Shown: in pieces, positions 13,823 through 28,621 of the stretch
Layout: each line of letters opens with the position of its first letter
Position numbering within the stretch: the first letter of the stretch is position 1
Assembly: GCA_964016885.1 (NCBI GenBank)
Contig: OZ024743.1
Coordinates: forward strand, 76,694,001-76,758,000
Direction: 5' to 3'
Origin: Eledone cirrhosa
Lineage: Eukaryota
DNA length: 64,000 nucleotides
The notes under the pieces: generated by a model
What the model saw: only the letters and a program-made list of their open reading frames with translations
What the model was told of the DNA's origin: nothing
Databases searched by the model: none
Program-made: the position numbers and the translations under genes

Positions 13823-16033
13823 TTACTGTTTTTTCCTGACTTTTTGTGAAGCTTGGAATGTAGACAAAGCTTTATGAAGGCAGTTTGAGAATAATTCATT
13901 TTTTTTGTTAATTAAGTTTTCATAATTATTAATTATTAATAGGGTCTCCTTTGTACAGAGGCTGCAGTTAATTGATATACTAGAGTTGACATAAACTCCA
14001 CTATTACAAAGCTTCGACCAAAAGATCAAGTGTTTTAAATGTTTGTCTTTTAATGACCATATAAGCTGTGATAAAGAAGTCGAAGACTTCCTATTAGAAT
14101 ACGAAAATGAGCATTTATGATTCGCAAATCTTGCCTTAAATGTAGAAGTTGTTGCTCCTATGTAGTTGTATGTGATGTTATCTGTTTTTATTTGTTATCT
14201 GTTTTTATCTGTTATTTGCATTTATACACCAAATTTCTATCCAAACAATTATTTTGCAGAGGGCAATCTGGTTTATTTCTACAATTACATTTAGATTTAT
14301 TATTATTTATATTAACACTATTATTAATATCATTATGTTGATTTTGATTTAGAATTTTACTGTTTATTTTAGCGATGTTTTGGGCCATATTCACAGTTGT
14401 AGAATAAGATAATTTAATAGTGTGTCTATTAAAAATGGAATGGTATTTATGTTGACTAGGGAATGAGCTATCCAAAGCTTTAAAGAATAGATTAGCTATT
14501 GGTGTTCTTACTGCTACAGAGCGGTGGGAGGGGGCGCAAACCATATAACTGATTTAGTTCTGGTTCTTTTCCCCGATTTATACACAGTACAAGTGTTTGA
14601 ATTATAATTACTAGAATTTATAGAATTTCGTTTATATGTGCCATTATTTTTATCAGGATTAGAACTTGGACTATTATTGTCTACATATTCTATATTATTT
14701 TTATAACCTGCCTTTTTTAGCGCATCATTGTAATTCCTGCATTTTCATCAAATATTGCTTTATTGGCAGATATTCTGTTAATGCGTTTTTGCACGCTATT
14801 TACAATTGCTTTTTTCACTGACTTAGGGTGATTGGAGGAGTAATAACTGTTTCTACTTTAGGCACAAGGCCAGCAATTAACCAGTATATTACTGGTACTT
14901 TATTTTATCGACCCCGTAAGGATGAAAGGCAAAGTCAACCTCGGCGTAATAACTAACGTAATTTAAGTTTTCATTAGGCTTATGGAAAGGGTAATAAAAA
15001 CCAGAGTTTAAGTCAAACGTAACATCAAGGAAATTAACTATTTTGGTACCACTTTCTACTTCTAGTTTAAGGTCGTAACATTTAAAGAATTCAATTATAT
15101 TTTTTTCTTTACTCTATTTACTTCAATATTGTTGTGTTTGACAACCGTAAATAAAATATCGTCCCTATATAAACCACCGGTAATCTCCGGCAGTTTTCTA
15201 TTTATCATATTTAATATGAAAATCTCCAGAAGATCTGTGATTTGCGCTGAATCAGATGCCCCCATGATAATGTCAAAGTTTCTATTTCTATCTGAGCGGG
15301 TCCAATACTCATTGTCGAAGCTAATAAGAGTTCTTCTAGCAGTTAATATGATATCAATTTCATCCGTGGTTAGATCAGTATGCTTGTAAGCATATGATAA
15401 AGCCTTATTTAGTAGGTTGGGCGTTATGGAAGAATAATAGCTTGTTATGTCCATCTGGATGAATTTACGGTTTTTCTTATCATCTATATTATGACTTCGT
15501 TTGTATCCTTCCACAAGCTCAATTTAGACCTCAATTTCAGAGTAGGTAAAATTCTATCAATAATATTTTTACTGATTACTCCAATATCCGATTTGGATGG
15601 AGCAATCAGTCTAACTGGCAGGTCTTCCTCGAAGTTTCTTTTGTGATCTTTAAAATTGATCCGCGGCTGCCTTGGTATAAGGGGCTCTGTTCTTCCTTCG
15701 ATTCCTAATTTGGTAATTCATTTATATGCATCATTATTAATGTCTGTAAGATCCTCAGCCGGGGCTTTTTTATAATTTTTCCTAAGTTCCTTTAAAATCA
15801 AGTTATTATACTCTTCTTTATTTATCCCATATAAATTGTTTTTTTGTCCGATTTTACCAATATTTTATTAACTTTTATTTCTGCGATTTTTTCTTTTAGA
15901 GTTCTAAGGTATTGGTGACCTATATATGGATTTTTCCTAAATTTAATTTTTTTAAGTATACCGAGCATTTCAGTTTCAAAATCCTCCAGGAGTTTGTTGT
16001 ATAGAGGATTCTTTCTTGATTTAAATAAAGATT
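13823..16033 (-). pseudogene. Frameshifted PLE polyprotein: reverse transcriptase + Cys-rich linker + C-terminal GIY-YIG endonuclease
   Basis: RT motifs FIQMDITSYYSSI, IMGASDSAQITDL and GLYRDD; thumb SNHP; linker CNCRNKPDCPLQNNC; endonuclease LVYKC...NYIGATTSTFKARFANH...CSLCTKE...LINKKNEL...CLH. Multiple stops and frameshifts plus a SINE insertion. Confidence 0.9.
14841..14954 (-). mobile_element. 5'-truncated tRNA-derived SINE inserted in the PLE ORF, with target-site duplication
   Basis: Reverse complement of the 3' half of the 30703-30884 SINE, flanked by TAATAACT at 14841-14848 and 14947-14954. Confidence 0.85.
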
Positions 16034-16531
16034 CGTCTTCATAAAATTTGAATTTTAGAAATTTAACATAATTATATTATAATATTAATACAAATACCCA
16101 TCAACTTTTAAAACCTAAGATTTGATTATTTACCCTGAAATAACATAAATTAAATATTTGGAAAATTAACCGCCAACCCTATATGAATATTTGTATAAAC
16201 TTGAGCATAAATTACTCCCCTTTGTCTCTCTCTCTCTTTAATTACCTTTCATTTGTCTTCTCAGGCTAAATACTAAATAAGTTATAACATCAGATACGTC
16301 TCCCTCTATGCCTTCCTCTCCCGCATATTTCTATAGTAGTTCTTTCTGTAACTGTTACATTGATGCCATGTATTTCTTAAAATATATTACTCACACTCTC
16401 TCTATTGATTCTATTACGTTCTCTCATGTTCTCAATATTACGGTATAAATATTGAGTTTTCTCATAAATTAATCACTACCTTGATTAAATCTTAACCATC
16501 TACCATGTCAGGGTATGTCATGTATCATTTT

Positions 16532-16596
16532 ATTTTATCTGATGAGGACGTACTGTTGAACTTAATTCAGTACCTCTGAAATATGTATAATAAAAT
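16532..16596 (+). ncRNA. Minimal type I hammerhead ribozyme in the inverted pLTR
   Basis: ATTTTAT-CTGATGA-GGAC GTACTG...CAGTAC CTCT-GAAA-TATGTA-TA-ATAAAAT. Confidence 0.85.
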
Positions 16597-16637
16597 TTAA
16601 TTGATCACAAAAATATCTGTTTTGTTAATATTTGGAA

Positions 16638-16667
<30 letters not shown>

Positions 16668-16668
<1 letters not shown>

Positions 16669-17530
16669 CTCTTTTACTCTTTTACTCTGTTCCGGACATC
16701 CGGTTGAGGCCATGCTGGAGTACCGCTCTTGTTTTTGCACGTTCTAACTCCAGCCTGTGTTGGCTGGCCATTGGTGTAAGAGTGAGTTCGTTGCTGCTAT
16801 CCTTAGGTTACCTTAGTTCTGTGCTGTGGACTCATCCGGGATCCTGAATAGCAGGGTGTCAAGATGATTCCTGAAAACATCCACGTCCACACAATGTTGA
16901 TCTCTCAAATTTCGTGGCATCTTGTTGAAGAGTTGAGGGCCTTTGAACCCCAGGTTAATTGCAATATCTACTCTTTACTCTAGATGTGAAAGACACCACA
17001 CAGTGACGTCCTATTCGGTGGTTGGTCCAGCTCTCAATGCCTAAGTTTGGTGCTAGTCCCTCCAGGATTTTCCATATGTATGTCACTATGTATGTCACTA
17101 CGTATTTCTCCCGCCTTCATTCCAAGGAGTAGAGTTTCAGTTCTTTTAACCTCTCCCAGTAGCCCATCTCCTTCATCGTGGCAATCCTCTTGGTGTAGCT
17201 TTGTTGGATTACCCCAAGCTCCGTGGTTAGTTTGATACTATGGGGTGACCACAGCTGGGAGCATTAGTCCAGTCGGATTAGGACAAATGTCCTCCATAGT
17301 ATCAACATGGTCTCTCGGTCTCTTATTCGGGAAGTCCTCAAGATCCAGCCAGCGAGTTTTCTGCTAATTGTCACCACTCTCATGTGTGAAGAAAACGATG
17401 CATCATGGCTCACGTCTATCCCCAGGACTCGTATCGATTTCGACATGGGGATTTCGATTGCTCCTGGTCCCGTGTAGCTGTGTTGTACTGTCCTTGTGTT
17501 AGCAGGTTTATATTGTAGGGCTTGATAACC
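16668..17530 (-). mobile_element. 3' fragment of a CR1/Crack/L2-group LINE
   Basis: Minus-strand translation VLGIDVSHDASFSSHM...RKLAGWILRT...MLILWRTFVLIRLD*CSQLWSP resembles the post-RT region of that group. Short tandem tail AGTAAAAGAGTAAAAGAGT at ~16668-16688. Confidence 0.75.
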
Positions 17531-17539
17531 CCAGCTGGA

Positions 17540-17861
17540 AATTTTTTCCCTTAGATTTATATGAAATTTAAACCTTATGATGCCTATTCACAAAATTTCA
17601 GCAAATTTCAATAATATTAAGACACCCTAATGGGGGTTCTATTTTTTTCCTTATAACAACACTCAACTTCTCTGACATTTTTTCGCCTGACCAATGCACT
17701 TAACAATATTTGTTTGTATTATTGTTTCGTAAAAGAATTTGTCTTCGCTTTTGATTATCTGTCCTATATTTTGATTTCATTTTTGGTCTGAGAGCCATTG
17801 GCCATTTTAATGGGAACTGGGAATACACCCGCTCCCGGGTATTACCGGGTACCTCAGCTAG
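17540..17861 (+). mobile_element. Non-autonomous Helitron 3' terminus
   Basis: GC hairpin CCCGG-GTATTA-CCGGG (17834-17849), then CTAG at 17858-17861 followed by T. The 5' boundary is uncertain. Confidence 0.6.
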
Positions 17862-18085
<224 letters not shown>

Positions 18086-18429
18086 ATTCGCTTCATCATC
18101 ATCATCGTCATTTTTATGATAGTTTGTCAGTTTGTCATGGCAGGATGACTTTACTGACGCTCTATATTTAAGTATGGTATCTAGCACTCCTGTTCCCGGG
18201 ACATATAGAAACGACACTACTTGCTTTCATGGCCGCCAATAAAGAGAAGAGACATTCAATAAACTCACACACATACACATATAACCACACACACATACAT
18301 ACACATAGTCACATACATACATACACATACATACACATATAATAAGCTTCTTTGCAGTTTCCGTTAAAGGTCCAGGCAGTGAGGTGAACCCTGAAGCGAC
18401 GGAGTTGCGAAACAAACTTCTTAACACAG

Positions 18430-19160
18430 GTCGAATAATCGCACCTCATTCCTCCACTTGTTAATTTTTCAGATTTTTCACACCTACCCCCATCCCCGCT
18501 TATAAAGTATTATTTTAAGTGGTAGCATTCCTGCAACAATTAATTTTCGTAAGACGTTAAAAAACATACATTACAAAAATAGTACAAGAAATCCCATACT
18601 TTATAAAATAAATGTTTAAATTATTGCTTTCAAATATCAGAACATTCTTTTTTTTAAGAATATAAAATTGATAAAAGACGGATATTTAGACAGCTGGATA
18701 AGAAAATAGCATTCCCTAACTGTCTCCGTCTAAAAACATCTGACTGATAAAATGACAAGTCAGTCAATCATATTGGTGGCCTCCCCACAGCCCCGGCGGA
18801 CAGAATGGAGAAGGCGTTTCCGCGGAGGACGGCAAGGATGACGCGCTGGAAAATCCATTCCAGCTCGCGAGGCTCACACCTGTGGCTGGCCAGCTCAGCG
18901 CCTATGGTGGTGAGTAGGGACGTAGCCCTAGGGCCGAGGACACCAGAAGTCCCCACTGCCAGGGGTACAACCGCAAACCTGTCGGAGAGCGACCGGTATT
19001 TGAAGAGTTTGGCCTCCTCAGTCCGGCGTGCAGCAGAATCTGGGTTAGTCGCAGACTGCACCAGTTGCGGCTGGAGAAAGTGTCGGTGCAAGTGGCATCC
19101 CAGACGAGATAAATAGGATGGGTTGGGGTCTCAATTTGTAAACTAAACGACTAATTCTGG
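18430..19160. mobile_element. Dispersed non-coding repeat (MITE-like), interrupted here by a CRE-like fragment; related inverted copy at 22106-22400
   Basis: AAATAGGATGGGTTGGGGTCTCAAT...AAACTAAACGACTAATTCTGG (19111-19160) and TTAATTTTTCAGATTTTTTCA (~18460) recur in reverse complement at 22106-22157 and ~22337-22358. Confidence 0.55.
18768..19091 (-). mobile_element. C-terminal fragment of a CRE-like (restriction-like endonuclease) non-LTR retrotransposon
   Basis: AARRTEEAKLFKYRSL...FAVVPLAVGTSGVLG...EPRELEWIFQRVILAVLRGNA matches the K..KY / P.AVET.G / QR.S.A..RGNA pattern of CRE-clade C-termini. Confidence 0.75.
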
Positions 19161-19285
19161 GGAGGGGTTTAATCAAGGGAGACAACCTAGAAAAATTACT
19201 GATTTTCTACACACGCCGCCCCCATATTCAACTCCCACCCCCACCCTCTTTCATTTCACCTCCCTTCACTTATTCCAAGCCCCCA

Positions 19286-19350
19286 GCAGTATCGGTAGAG
19301 GGTCGGACGCCATGCTTTGACGCATAGAGTTACGGACCTTTACGTTCTGA
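19286..19350 (+). mobile_element. 5' fragment of the tRNA-derived SINE
   Basis: GCAGTATCGGTAGAGGGTCGGACGCCATGCTTT...GTTACGGACCTTTACG matches the start of the 30703 copy. Confidence 0.8.
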
Positions 19351-19489
19351 GTATGTGTTTGTGTGTGTGTATAGATGGGCTTCTGCAAAGGTTCCGTCGA
19401 ACAATTATTGAAACCCATCTATCTAATGTACCAGCTTGTGGGGTCGAACTCGGTACCCCGGGTTTTCGACATGAATGTTTAAACCCTTC

Positions 19490-19790
19490 TTTCATATATA
19501 TACACATATGCCCTAGTGGACATATGTGTGTGTCTGTGTGTGTGTGCGGCTGCCTTTGTGCGTGTATATGTGTGTGTGTCTGTGTGTGACTGTGTGTGAC
19601 TGTCCATCTATGGTGCGTGTATGTGTGTGAATGTGTACGTGAGTGTGTGTGTGTGTGTGTGTAACTGTCTGTCTGTGTGTATGTATGTGTCTGTGTGTCT
19701 ATGTGTATCTGCATCTGTGTGTGATTGTCTGACTTTGTGCGTATGTGTATGTATGTTTGTGTGAGTGTAGCTGTCTATCATTGTGTATGT

Positions 19791-19829
<39 letters not shown>

Positions 19830-19961
19830 CGAGTCTAAAGACGAAGGTAGCTGTTTCTGGTTCTGTTCAGAAAAAGAAAGAAAGAAAGAAAGAAAGAGAG
19901 AAAGAAATAAGGAAACCAAGTAAGGAAGAAAGAGAGAGAGGGGGGAGAGAGAGAGAAAGAG

Positions 19962-20012
<51 letters not shown>

Positions 20013-20441
20013 GAGAAAGAAATAAGGAAACCAAGTAAGGAAGAAAGAGAGGGGGGGGGAAGAAAGAAGGAAAGAAAGGGAGAAAGAAAGCAATGAAGGA
20101 GGAATATATAGATGTAGATGAAAATGTGAAATTGTGTGAAATAAGAGCAAGACCTTGTTAATTATGACTGTCATAGCGATGTTTCGTCGACTGTGTAAAC
20201 TGACTCTCGTCGGTTGTGGTCCAGACAAGAATAAGATTATGAGGCTAACATGGCGAGAGAGGGCTTGCAAACAGTAATGGCGGCCAACTTCTTCCGCCAT
20301 ATCTGCTCTCTAAACTGACAGTTCAAGCGCAAAGCATGTTATCCACCTAATCACAATATCTGACCGTCAAACAGGGAAGCTTTTTACATTTGACATAGTT
20401 ATTGTGACAGCCATGTCAAAATAGCTTGTGTTGCTTTCAAG

Positions 20442-20499
<58 letters not shown>

Positions 20500-20738
20500 G
20501 TGTGTGTGTGCGTGTGTGTGTGCGTGTGTGTGTGTAAGTATATAAAAATGCATTTATATATATATATATATACATACATATTTTTGTACACATAAATACA
20601 TACACACACACGCACATACATATATATATATTTATATGTATATATATATATATATATTTGTATATATATGCATACATATACATATATAATATATATGTAT
20701 ATACATATATGTATATACACACACACATATATATATAT

Positions 20739-20792
<54 letters not shown>

Positions 20793-20920
20793 ATAAATGC
20801 ATGTAAATTATGCGTGTATGTGTGTGTGTGTAAATTATGCGGGTATATGTGTGTATGTATGTATACGTGTGTAAATTATGCCGTGTATCTGTGTGTGTGA
20901 ATTATGTGTGTATGTGTGAA
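19490..20920. repeat. Cluster of degenerate (GT)n, (GAAA)n and (TA)n microsatellites with a short unique island
   Basis: Direct inspection. The island is ~20100-20440. Confidence 0.85.
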
Positions 20921-22588
20921 TGGTTTCCTTATTCTATTCATTTATTAAATCATTTACCACTCATTTATTGCTTATCCTGTTGGAGTTGGTAATAAAATAT
21001 CAGATGTCTATTTGGTTTATAATTTCCATTCTTTTACTTCTACAGTTGTCTACATCGTTCATGTAGTTCTGTAGAAAGATGGCGAGCTACGGAGAAGATC
21101 GGCTGGCTGAGTAGAAATGAAAAGAGAGAAAGCTAATTGCTCGAATGTATTTAACAGCGCTTCATTAACTTTGCAGTAGTTCTTTTTTTTTCCATATTCA
21201 ACATCATCCCCCTCTCCTTGAACAAAAAATGTCCCAGCAGCACCGCCGCCGCCATTATACCACGACTAGACTACACCACTATCACTGAAGTCATTGCCTT
21301 CTTCTCCACCACCACCTCCTCCTCCCCCATCTCCTCCTCCACCAACAATAACACCGCTTACTCATTTTAAATAGCGTTCTTAGCTGTACAATTAAACTTC
21401 ATTAGCCACATAGAAAAAGAATCAGTAACCCCAACCTCTTCGTTCGTATTGGGTTTCCTAACACTGGTGCACAACATAAATATTATACCAAAGAAAAACA
21501 ACTCAAACTGATTTGATTTATTTATTCCTTCGTTTGTTTGTTTATTAGTTTGTTTTGTTTGAAGTGTAACAGAAGACACCTTGGTTGTTTGGAGTGCAAG
21601 ACAATCACAACTGATGCTTTCAGACAGTAAATGTCCACACGGATTTTTTGGGGGGGGGGTTTCATTTCTCTTTTTACTGGTTGGTATCAGAAATGTTCGT
21701 TTGTTTTGCATATGTTCTGGTTGGTTACCCTTTTAAACATGAATACTCTCTGATGCCAACAGCATGAATATATTGCTACTTATGTTTTCAAAACGCTACT
21801 CTATGAAATTTCACTGACAAATTAATTACTTCGAACGTTGAGAGAAGGGGCACGAGGGGGGGGGGCATAAAGTATCGTTTTACATCACTACTGAAGTACA
21901 TTTCGTCTTTCCTTACTTTCAATCGATGTTTACTTCTCAAAGAAATCGAACTTATCGAACACTTCTTTGAACTTTTCTGTAGCTTAGTTGTTATCAACAC
22001 AAACCATCTCTACTTTCCTCGAATTCCAGATGTTACCTTATATCAACGCTAATGTATACTAGGGGGGGGGGGTAATGTTTCTAGGTTGTATCTGTTTTTT
22101 TTTAAACCAGAATTAGTCGTTTAGTTTACATATTGAGACCCCAACCCATCCTATTTATTTTATAACACATGGGATTTCTAGTAATATACTTTTTGTCATG
22201 TATAATGATTTTTAATGTATCAAGAAAATTAATTTAATATATTAAAAAAATATATTAAGAAATATATTAAGAAAATTAATTTCACTGGAGCTAGATAAAC
22301 AGAATTTAATAAGGGGGTGGAATAAGAGCCGGGGTTTGAAAAAATCTGAAAAATTAATAATCGGAGTGGGGGGGGGGGGATTATGCGAGACCCGAGAGTA
22401 AATAATACTTATTTCATCGAAGGATGAAAGGTAAATATGTAAGGACCAGTAACTTATGATAGAGTCGAAGGGGCGAAGTCGTGGTATACATCAAGATCTT
22501 AAACATTTTAAACCTAGCAGAGTCCATCTCTTCTCAACATCTAAATACAGCTGACTTCTTACAGAGAAGGAGACAGAGAGAGAGGAAG

Positions 22589-22690
22589 TGAGGAAGAATC
22601 GACCCTAGTACTAGACTGGTAAATCTTTTATCAGCCTTGAATGAATGAAAGGGAAAGTTGGCCTCGGTGGGATTTGAACTCAGAGTCCAA
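22589..22690 (-). mobile_element. Diverged tRNA-derived SINE fragment
   Basis: ATGAAAGGGAAAGTTGGCCTCGGTGGGATTTGAACTCAGA, with a B-box on the minus strand. Confidence 0.7.
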
Positions 22691-22756
22691 GTCGCCGCAT
22701 GAAAGGTAAATTAAACTAATAAACGCTGTTGAAGTGTTGCCAGATTTGGCTACAAG

Positions 22757-22920
22757 TTTTAGCAGTGGAGACTTCTCGTGTCCTTGGCTCTAGGGCCACC
22801 TCCCTACTCCCCACCATTGGCACAGAGTTGGCTACCCGCAGCTGTGAACCCCGTCAGCTAGAATGGCTCTTCCAGCGCGTCTCCCTCGCTATCCTCCGGG
22901 GAAACGTCTTTTCTATTCTG
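22757..22920 (+). mobile_element. Second CRE-like C-terminal fragment
   Basis: LAVETSRVLGSRATSLLPTIGTELATRSCEPRQLEWLFQRVSLAILRGNVFSIL, paralogous to 18768-19091. Confidence 0.75.
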
Positions 22921-22927
22921 TTCGAAA

Positions 22928-23050
22928 TCTGGAAGAAATCTGGTGTGTTCAGACCTGGAGAGGATTGGGCTCCACCAGGTTTTAAAATGCCCTAGAAACG
23001 CTGTATGCCAATATGGTGTCTCTACGACTCCCTCAGGAGTTACGGGTTCC
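22928..23050 (+). repeat. Unclassified dispersed repeat (also ~30180-30300 + and ~36780-36895 -)
   Basis: Shared GAAATCTG...TTCAGACCTGGAGAG...GCTCCACCAGG... Confidence 0.7.
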
Positions 23051-23065
23051 TGCATGCAACATTCT

Positions 23066-23109
<44 letters not shown>

Positions 23110-23430
23110 CGGAGGCGTTGATACAGTCCGCTACTTTTGAAATAAATTAAATAAAAACGATAGTTTGTGGGTCAATCAGTAAAATGTTTTAAGACATTTG
23201 AACGGTAAAGTGTGAACTAAACGATACTAGGTTGATATGTGAATCATATGCAGTGACTATGTAGAAACCCTTTTGTATAATAAAATGCATCGAAACTTGG
23301 AAGTAATTACTCGCGGTCAATTGACCGAAATTTGGAGGAATCCTTGAACAAAACGAAATTCGAAATAAAAAGTATATCACGATTATTTCAAGCCGATATC
23401 CATTTATACAATAAGTGTAACTAATTTAAT

Positions 23431-23982
23431 TTCTTCTTCTTCTTCTTCTTCTTCTTCTTCTTCTTCTTCTTCTTCTTCTTCTTCTTCTTCTTCTTCTTCT
23501 TCTTCTTCTTCTTCTTCTTCTTCTACTACTACTACTACTACTTCGCCTACTTATTCCTGAGAGGGTCGTGGGAGAAGAGTCCCCAAACACTCCTTCCAGC
23601 AGGTCCTGTCAGAAGCAACCATCTCCAACTGATCAGGCTGGATCCCCTAGTAAAACCAGCCAAGCTTTTGGATGTTATCTAACCATCTTCCTCGGGGTCT
23701 ACCCCTGGGTATCCTGCCAGTTGGTTTTGCTCATAAAATCTGTCCAGCGATTCTTTCCTGAGACATTCTAACCTTATGTCCATAGTATTGGATTTTTTAT
23801 CTCTCAATTCAAAGAAGTAGCGACCCTACCTCGAATGACTTCTGATCTCCGAGCTACGCACTCTATCGATTAATTTTACTCCAAAGACCCTTCTGAAGAA
23901 CGCCATTTCACCCGCTTGTATTCGGGATTGTATTCTTTCGGTCATTATCCAAGATTCATGACTATAGGTAAGGGTTGGCAAA
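23431..23982 (-). mobile_element. RTE-clade LINE 3' end with (TAG)n(GAA)n tail
   Basis: Minus-strand frames give PTLTYSHESWIMTERIQSRIQAGEMAFFRRVFGVKLIDRVRS...YYGHKVRMSQERIAGQI...PRGRPRGRWLDNI, followed by the simple-repeat tail. Confidence 0.85.
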
Positions 23983-24103
23983 AATCGTATATCTACAAAA
24001 AGGTCAAACGTTTTAAAATATTTTGATATTTTCTCTAAGAATTTGTTTTAGTCATACTCGCCTATCTTTTGCAGCTCACCGTTTAGTTTTGGTTAATCAA
24101 TAT

Positions 24104-24356
24104 ATAATTGTCTCTACTTTTGGTACAAGGCTAGAAATTAATCAGTACATTACTGGTATTTTATTTTATCGACCCAGTAAGGATGAAAGGCAAAGTTAAC
24201 CTCGGCGGGATTTGAACTCAGACCATAAAGGGCCGTAACTCTATGCTGTAAAGCATGGCGTCCGACCCTCTACCGCTACTTCCAATCCACCATTAATAAT
24301 TGTTTCTACTTTTGTATTACCAGTGTATTACTGGTGTTTTATTTTATCGACCCCGT
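24104..24356 (-). mobile_element. Full tRNA-derived SINE plus an adjacent 3' fragment
   Basis: Reverse complement of the 30703-30884 family. Confidence 0.85.
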
Positions 24357-24599
24357 AATATATAATTGAAGAACCAGTGGCACTAACTGATAACATTCGA
24401 TTGGAAAATCGTATTTCATCAAGAAATTTCTATTGGCGGATCAGACTTTCGGTGTAAAACTTTAAAATGTAGCTTGTGAACATTATTTGCCGGGTTTGCT
24501 CATCTTGCTAAACTAAGAAATAAAATGGAGTGGGATTTAATTTCGATAATTTTAAGAATAAAAATTTGAAAAAATAATTTGCTCCTAAGATTTTATCCA

Positions 24600-24918
24600 G
24601 AACGAAGTTTTGCTGAAGTACGACTTAAGAACGAAGTTTTCCTGAAGTTCGACTCAAAAACGAAGCTTTACTGAAGTACGACTCATAAAGGAAACTTTGC
24701 TGAAGTACGACTCAAAAACGAGGCTTTCCTAAAGTACGGCTCAAAAACGAGGCTTTACTAAGGTACGACTCAAAAACGAAGCTTTCCTAAAGTACAACTC
24801 AAAAACGAGGCTTTACTGAACTACGACTCAAAAACGAAACTTTACTAAAGTACGACTCAAAAACGAAGCTTTCCTAAAGTACGACTCAAAAACGCGGCTT
24901 TACTGAAGTACGACTCAA
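24600..24918. repeat. 29-bp minisatellite, ~11 copies
   Basis: Consensus AAAACGAAGCTTTACTGAAGTACGACTCA, head-to-tail with no spacers. Confidence 0.93.
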
Positions 24919-25214
24919 TTATCAACAAATATGGAAACAAAATTAGTGAAGGAAAGAATAAAATTCTTGATGCCTTAAGATTTTATTTGTTAATGGTAAA
25001 AACCCTATTGAATATCATATTAAAGGTATCAACTATGTTAGAACCAACCTACATTTAATCCTTATATGGCGGGAGAAAGACAACAGGGAACTTGTAAATC
25101 TTTTCATTTTTTTGCACTCTTGTAATGTTGTGACAGCTCACACCTATGCAGGTTTAGTTGGCCCCCTCCAAGGTATATCTCGTTGGAGGTGTCTTGGGTG
25201 ATTTAATGATAGGG

Positions 25215-25370
25215 ACCCAGTCATATCATCTCATTTCTACAGCTGAGTAAACTGGAGCAACGTGAAATAAAGTGTCTTGCTCAAGGAAACAACACATCAC
25301 CCGGTCTGAGAATTGAACTCACAACCTTTCGATTGCAAGCCCAATGCTCTAACCACTAAGCCATGCGCCA
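25215..25370 (-). mobile_element. Second tRNA-derived SINE family with a CORE-like central segment
   Basis: Minus strand GGCGCATGGCTTAGTGGTTAGAGC (A box)...GAGTTCAATTC (B box)...CCTTGAGCAAGACACTTTATTTCAC... Confidence 0.75.
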
Positions 25371-25633
25371 CTTAGTGCGCACTCTTGTAATATCCAGATA
25401 CAAAATAAAAGTCCGAATGTTCAGTCAAAAGAATTCCAGCGAGGCCTCTAGAAGGAGAAGAAGAATAAAAAGAAGTTATAAGGTAAATACTTTTGGTCAT
25501 AGCTCTGCTCAAGTCTGACCTAGGGCTAAACAACATCAATACCAATATATATTCTTATATTCTTATATATCTGTGGTTTAATGGAATAAGTTAAAGTATC
25601 ACTGGAGAGAAATTGGATGATGTGTCGTTCATG

Positions 25634-26110
25634 TCTCTCTCTCTCTCACACACCCACACACACACACACACATTCCCACACTCACTCACTCTCTCTCTCA
25701 TACTCACTTTCTCACTCTTTCCCACTCTCCCTCTCACTCTCTCCCACTCTCACTCTCACTCTCCCACTCTCCCTCTCACCCACTCCCACTCTCCCTCGCA
25801 CCCTCTCTCACCCTCTCCCACTCTCACTCTCTCCCACTCTCCCTCTCACCCTCTCACCCTCTCCCTCTCCCTCTCTCCCTCTCCCACTCTCACTCTCTCC
25901 CTCTCCCACTCTCTCTCACTCTCTCACTCTCTCCCTCTCCCACTCACTCTCCCTCTCGCACTCTCCCTCTCCCACTCTCACTCTCTCCCACCTCACTCTC
26001 TCCCACTCTCCCACTCTCCCACTCTCCCTCTCCCCCACTCCCCCACACCCCCCTCACTCACTCCCACTCTCTCCTATTAACTCACTCTCCCTTTTCACAC
26101 ACTCTCTCAG
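25634..26110. repeat. Polypyrimidine (CT/CACT/CCCT) low-complexity tract; (GGA)n follows at ~26228-26287
   Basis: Direct inspection. Confidence 0.9.
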
Positions 26111-26403
26111 TCTGTGTAGTCTAATGTTGTCTACTTGTTGTTTCCTGTTGGCGGTAAAACTTATTACTAGACTACTGAGACAGTGGACATGGAGGGTGGA
26201 GGAACCAAATAGAGGAGGGGTGGTGGTGGAGGAGGAGGAGGAGGAGGAGGAGGAGGAGGAGGAGGAGGAGGAGGAGGAGGAGGAGGGATGATGATATAAA
26301 GATATCGACATAAAACCGCCAAGAAGAGTCCAGTCTATAAATCAAAGACAGGAAAAATAAGATGTCTTGTGTAAACAGAGCAGAATAACTAACTCTAAAT
26401 AAT

Positions 26404-27975
<1,572 letters not shown>

Positions 27976-28030
27976 TATAACACACTCGTTTCACTGAAAG
28001 CTTGCCTCCATTTTGACACCAATTTGACGT

Positions 28031-28065
<35 letters not shown>

Positions 28066-28621
28066 ACCTGATTGGAGCAGACCAACGATCAACGACATTT
28101 CAATCGTGACCATCCCGCTTGTTTAGAACTTTCTATAACTACATATTGGGTTCTTTGGCTGCTATTTCTAGCAGGTTGGGTGACTATGTAGAAGATCTCT
28201 CGTTGACTCCAGTGGAGAAGTACATTTAGAAAAAGAATTATAAGTGATTGAACCTGTAAGGGAAACCATAATTTAAACATACTCTCGGGTCCCAAATAAT
28301 AGGGGACGAGGAATAAGCGAGGGGTGGACTAAGTGGGTGGGGAGCTTGGTTTAAGCAGAGGAGTAGGGGTAGGTGGAAAATCGGTAATTTAATAGTGAGT
28401 CTTGTTACTCTGGAGTTTCGCCTTAATAAAAATGAATATATATATATAAGTATATATATATATATAAATATACACGGGTGTGTATGATTGTGTATAGAAG
28501 ATTATATTAATAAAAGACATTCCAACTTTGTCTGATTTACTCGTTTTATTTACAATCCTTTAAAATTATAATGATATTATAATGAAATAGTATGGTATAA
28601 CATTAAATGTTAAATGTTAAT

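Noticed and set aside
24600-24918. 29-bp repeats of CRISPR-repeat length
   Set aside because: No spacers; a simple tandem minisatellite.
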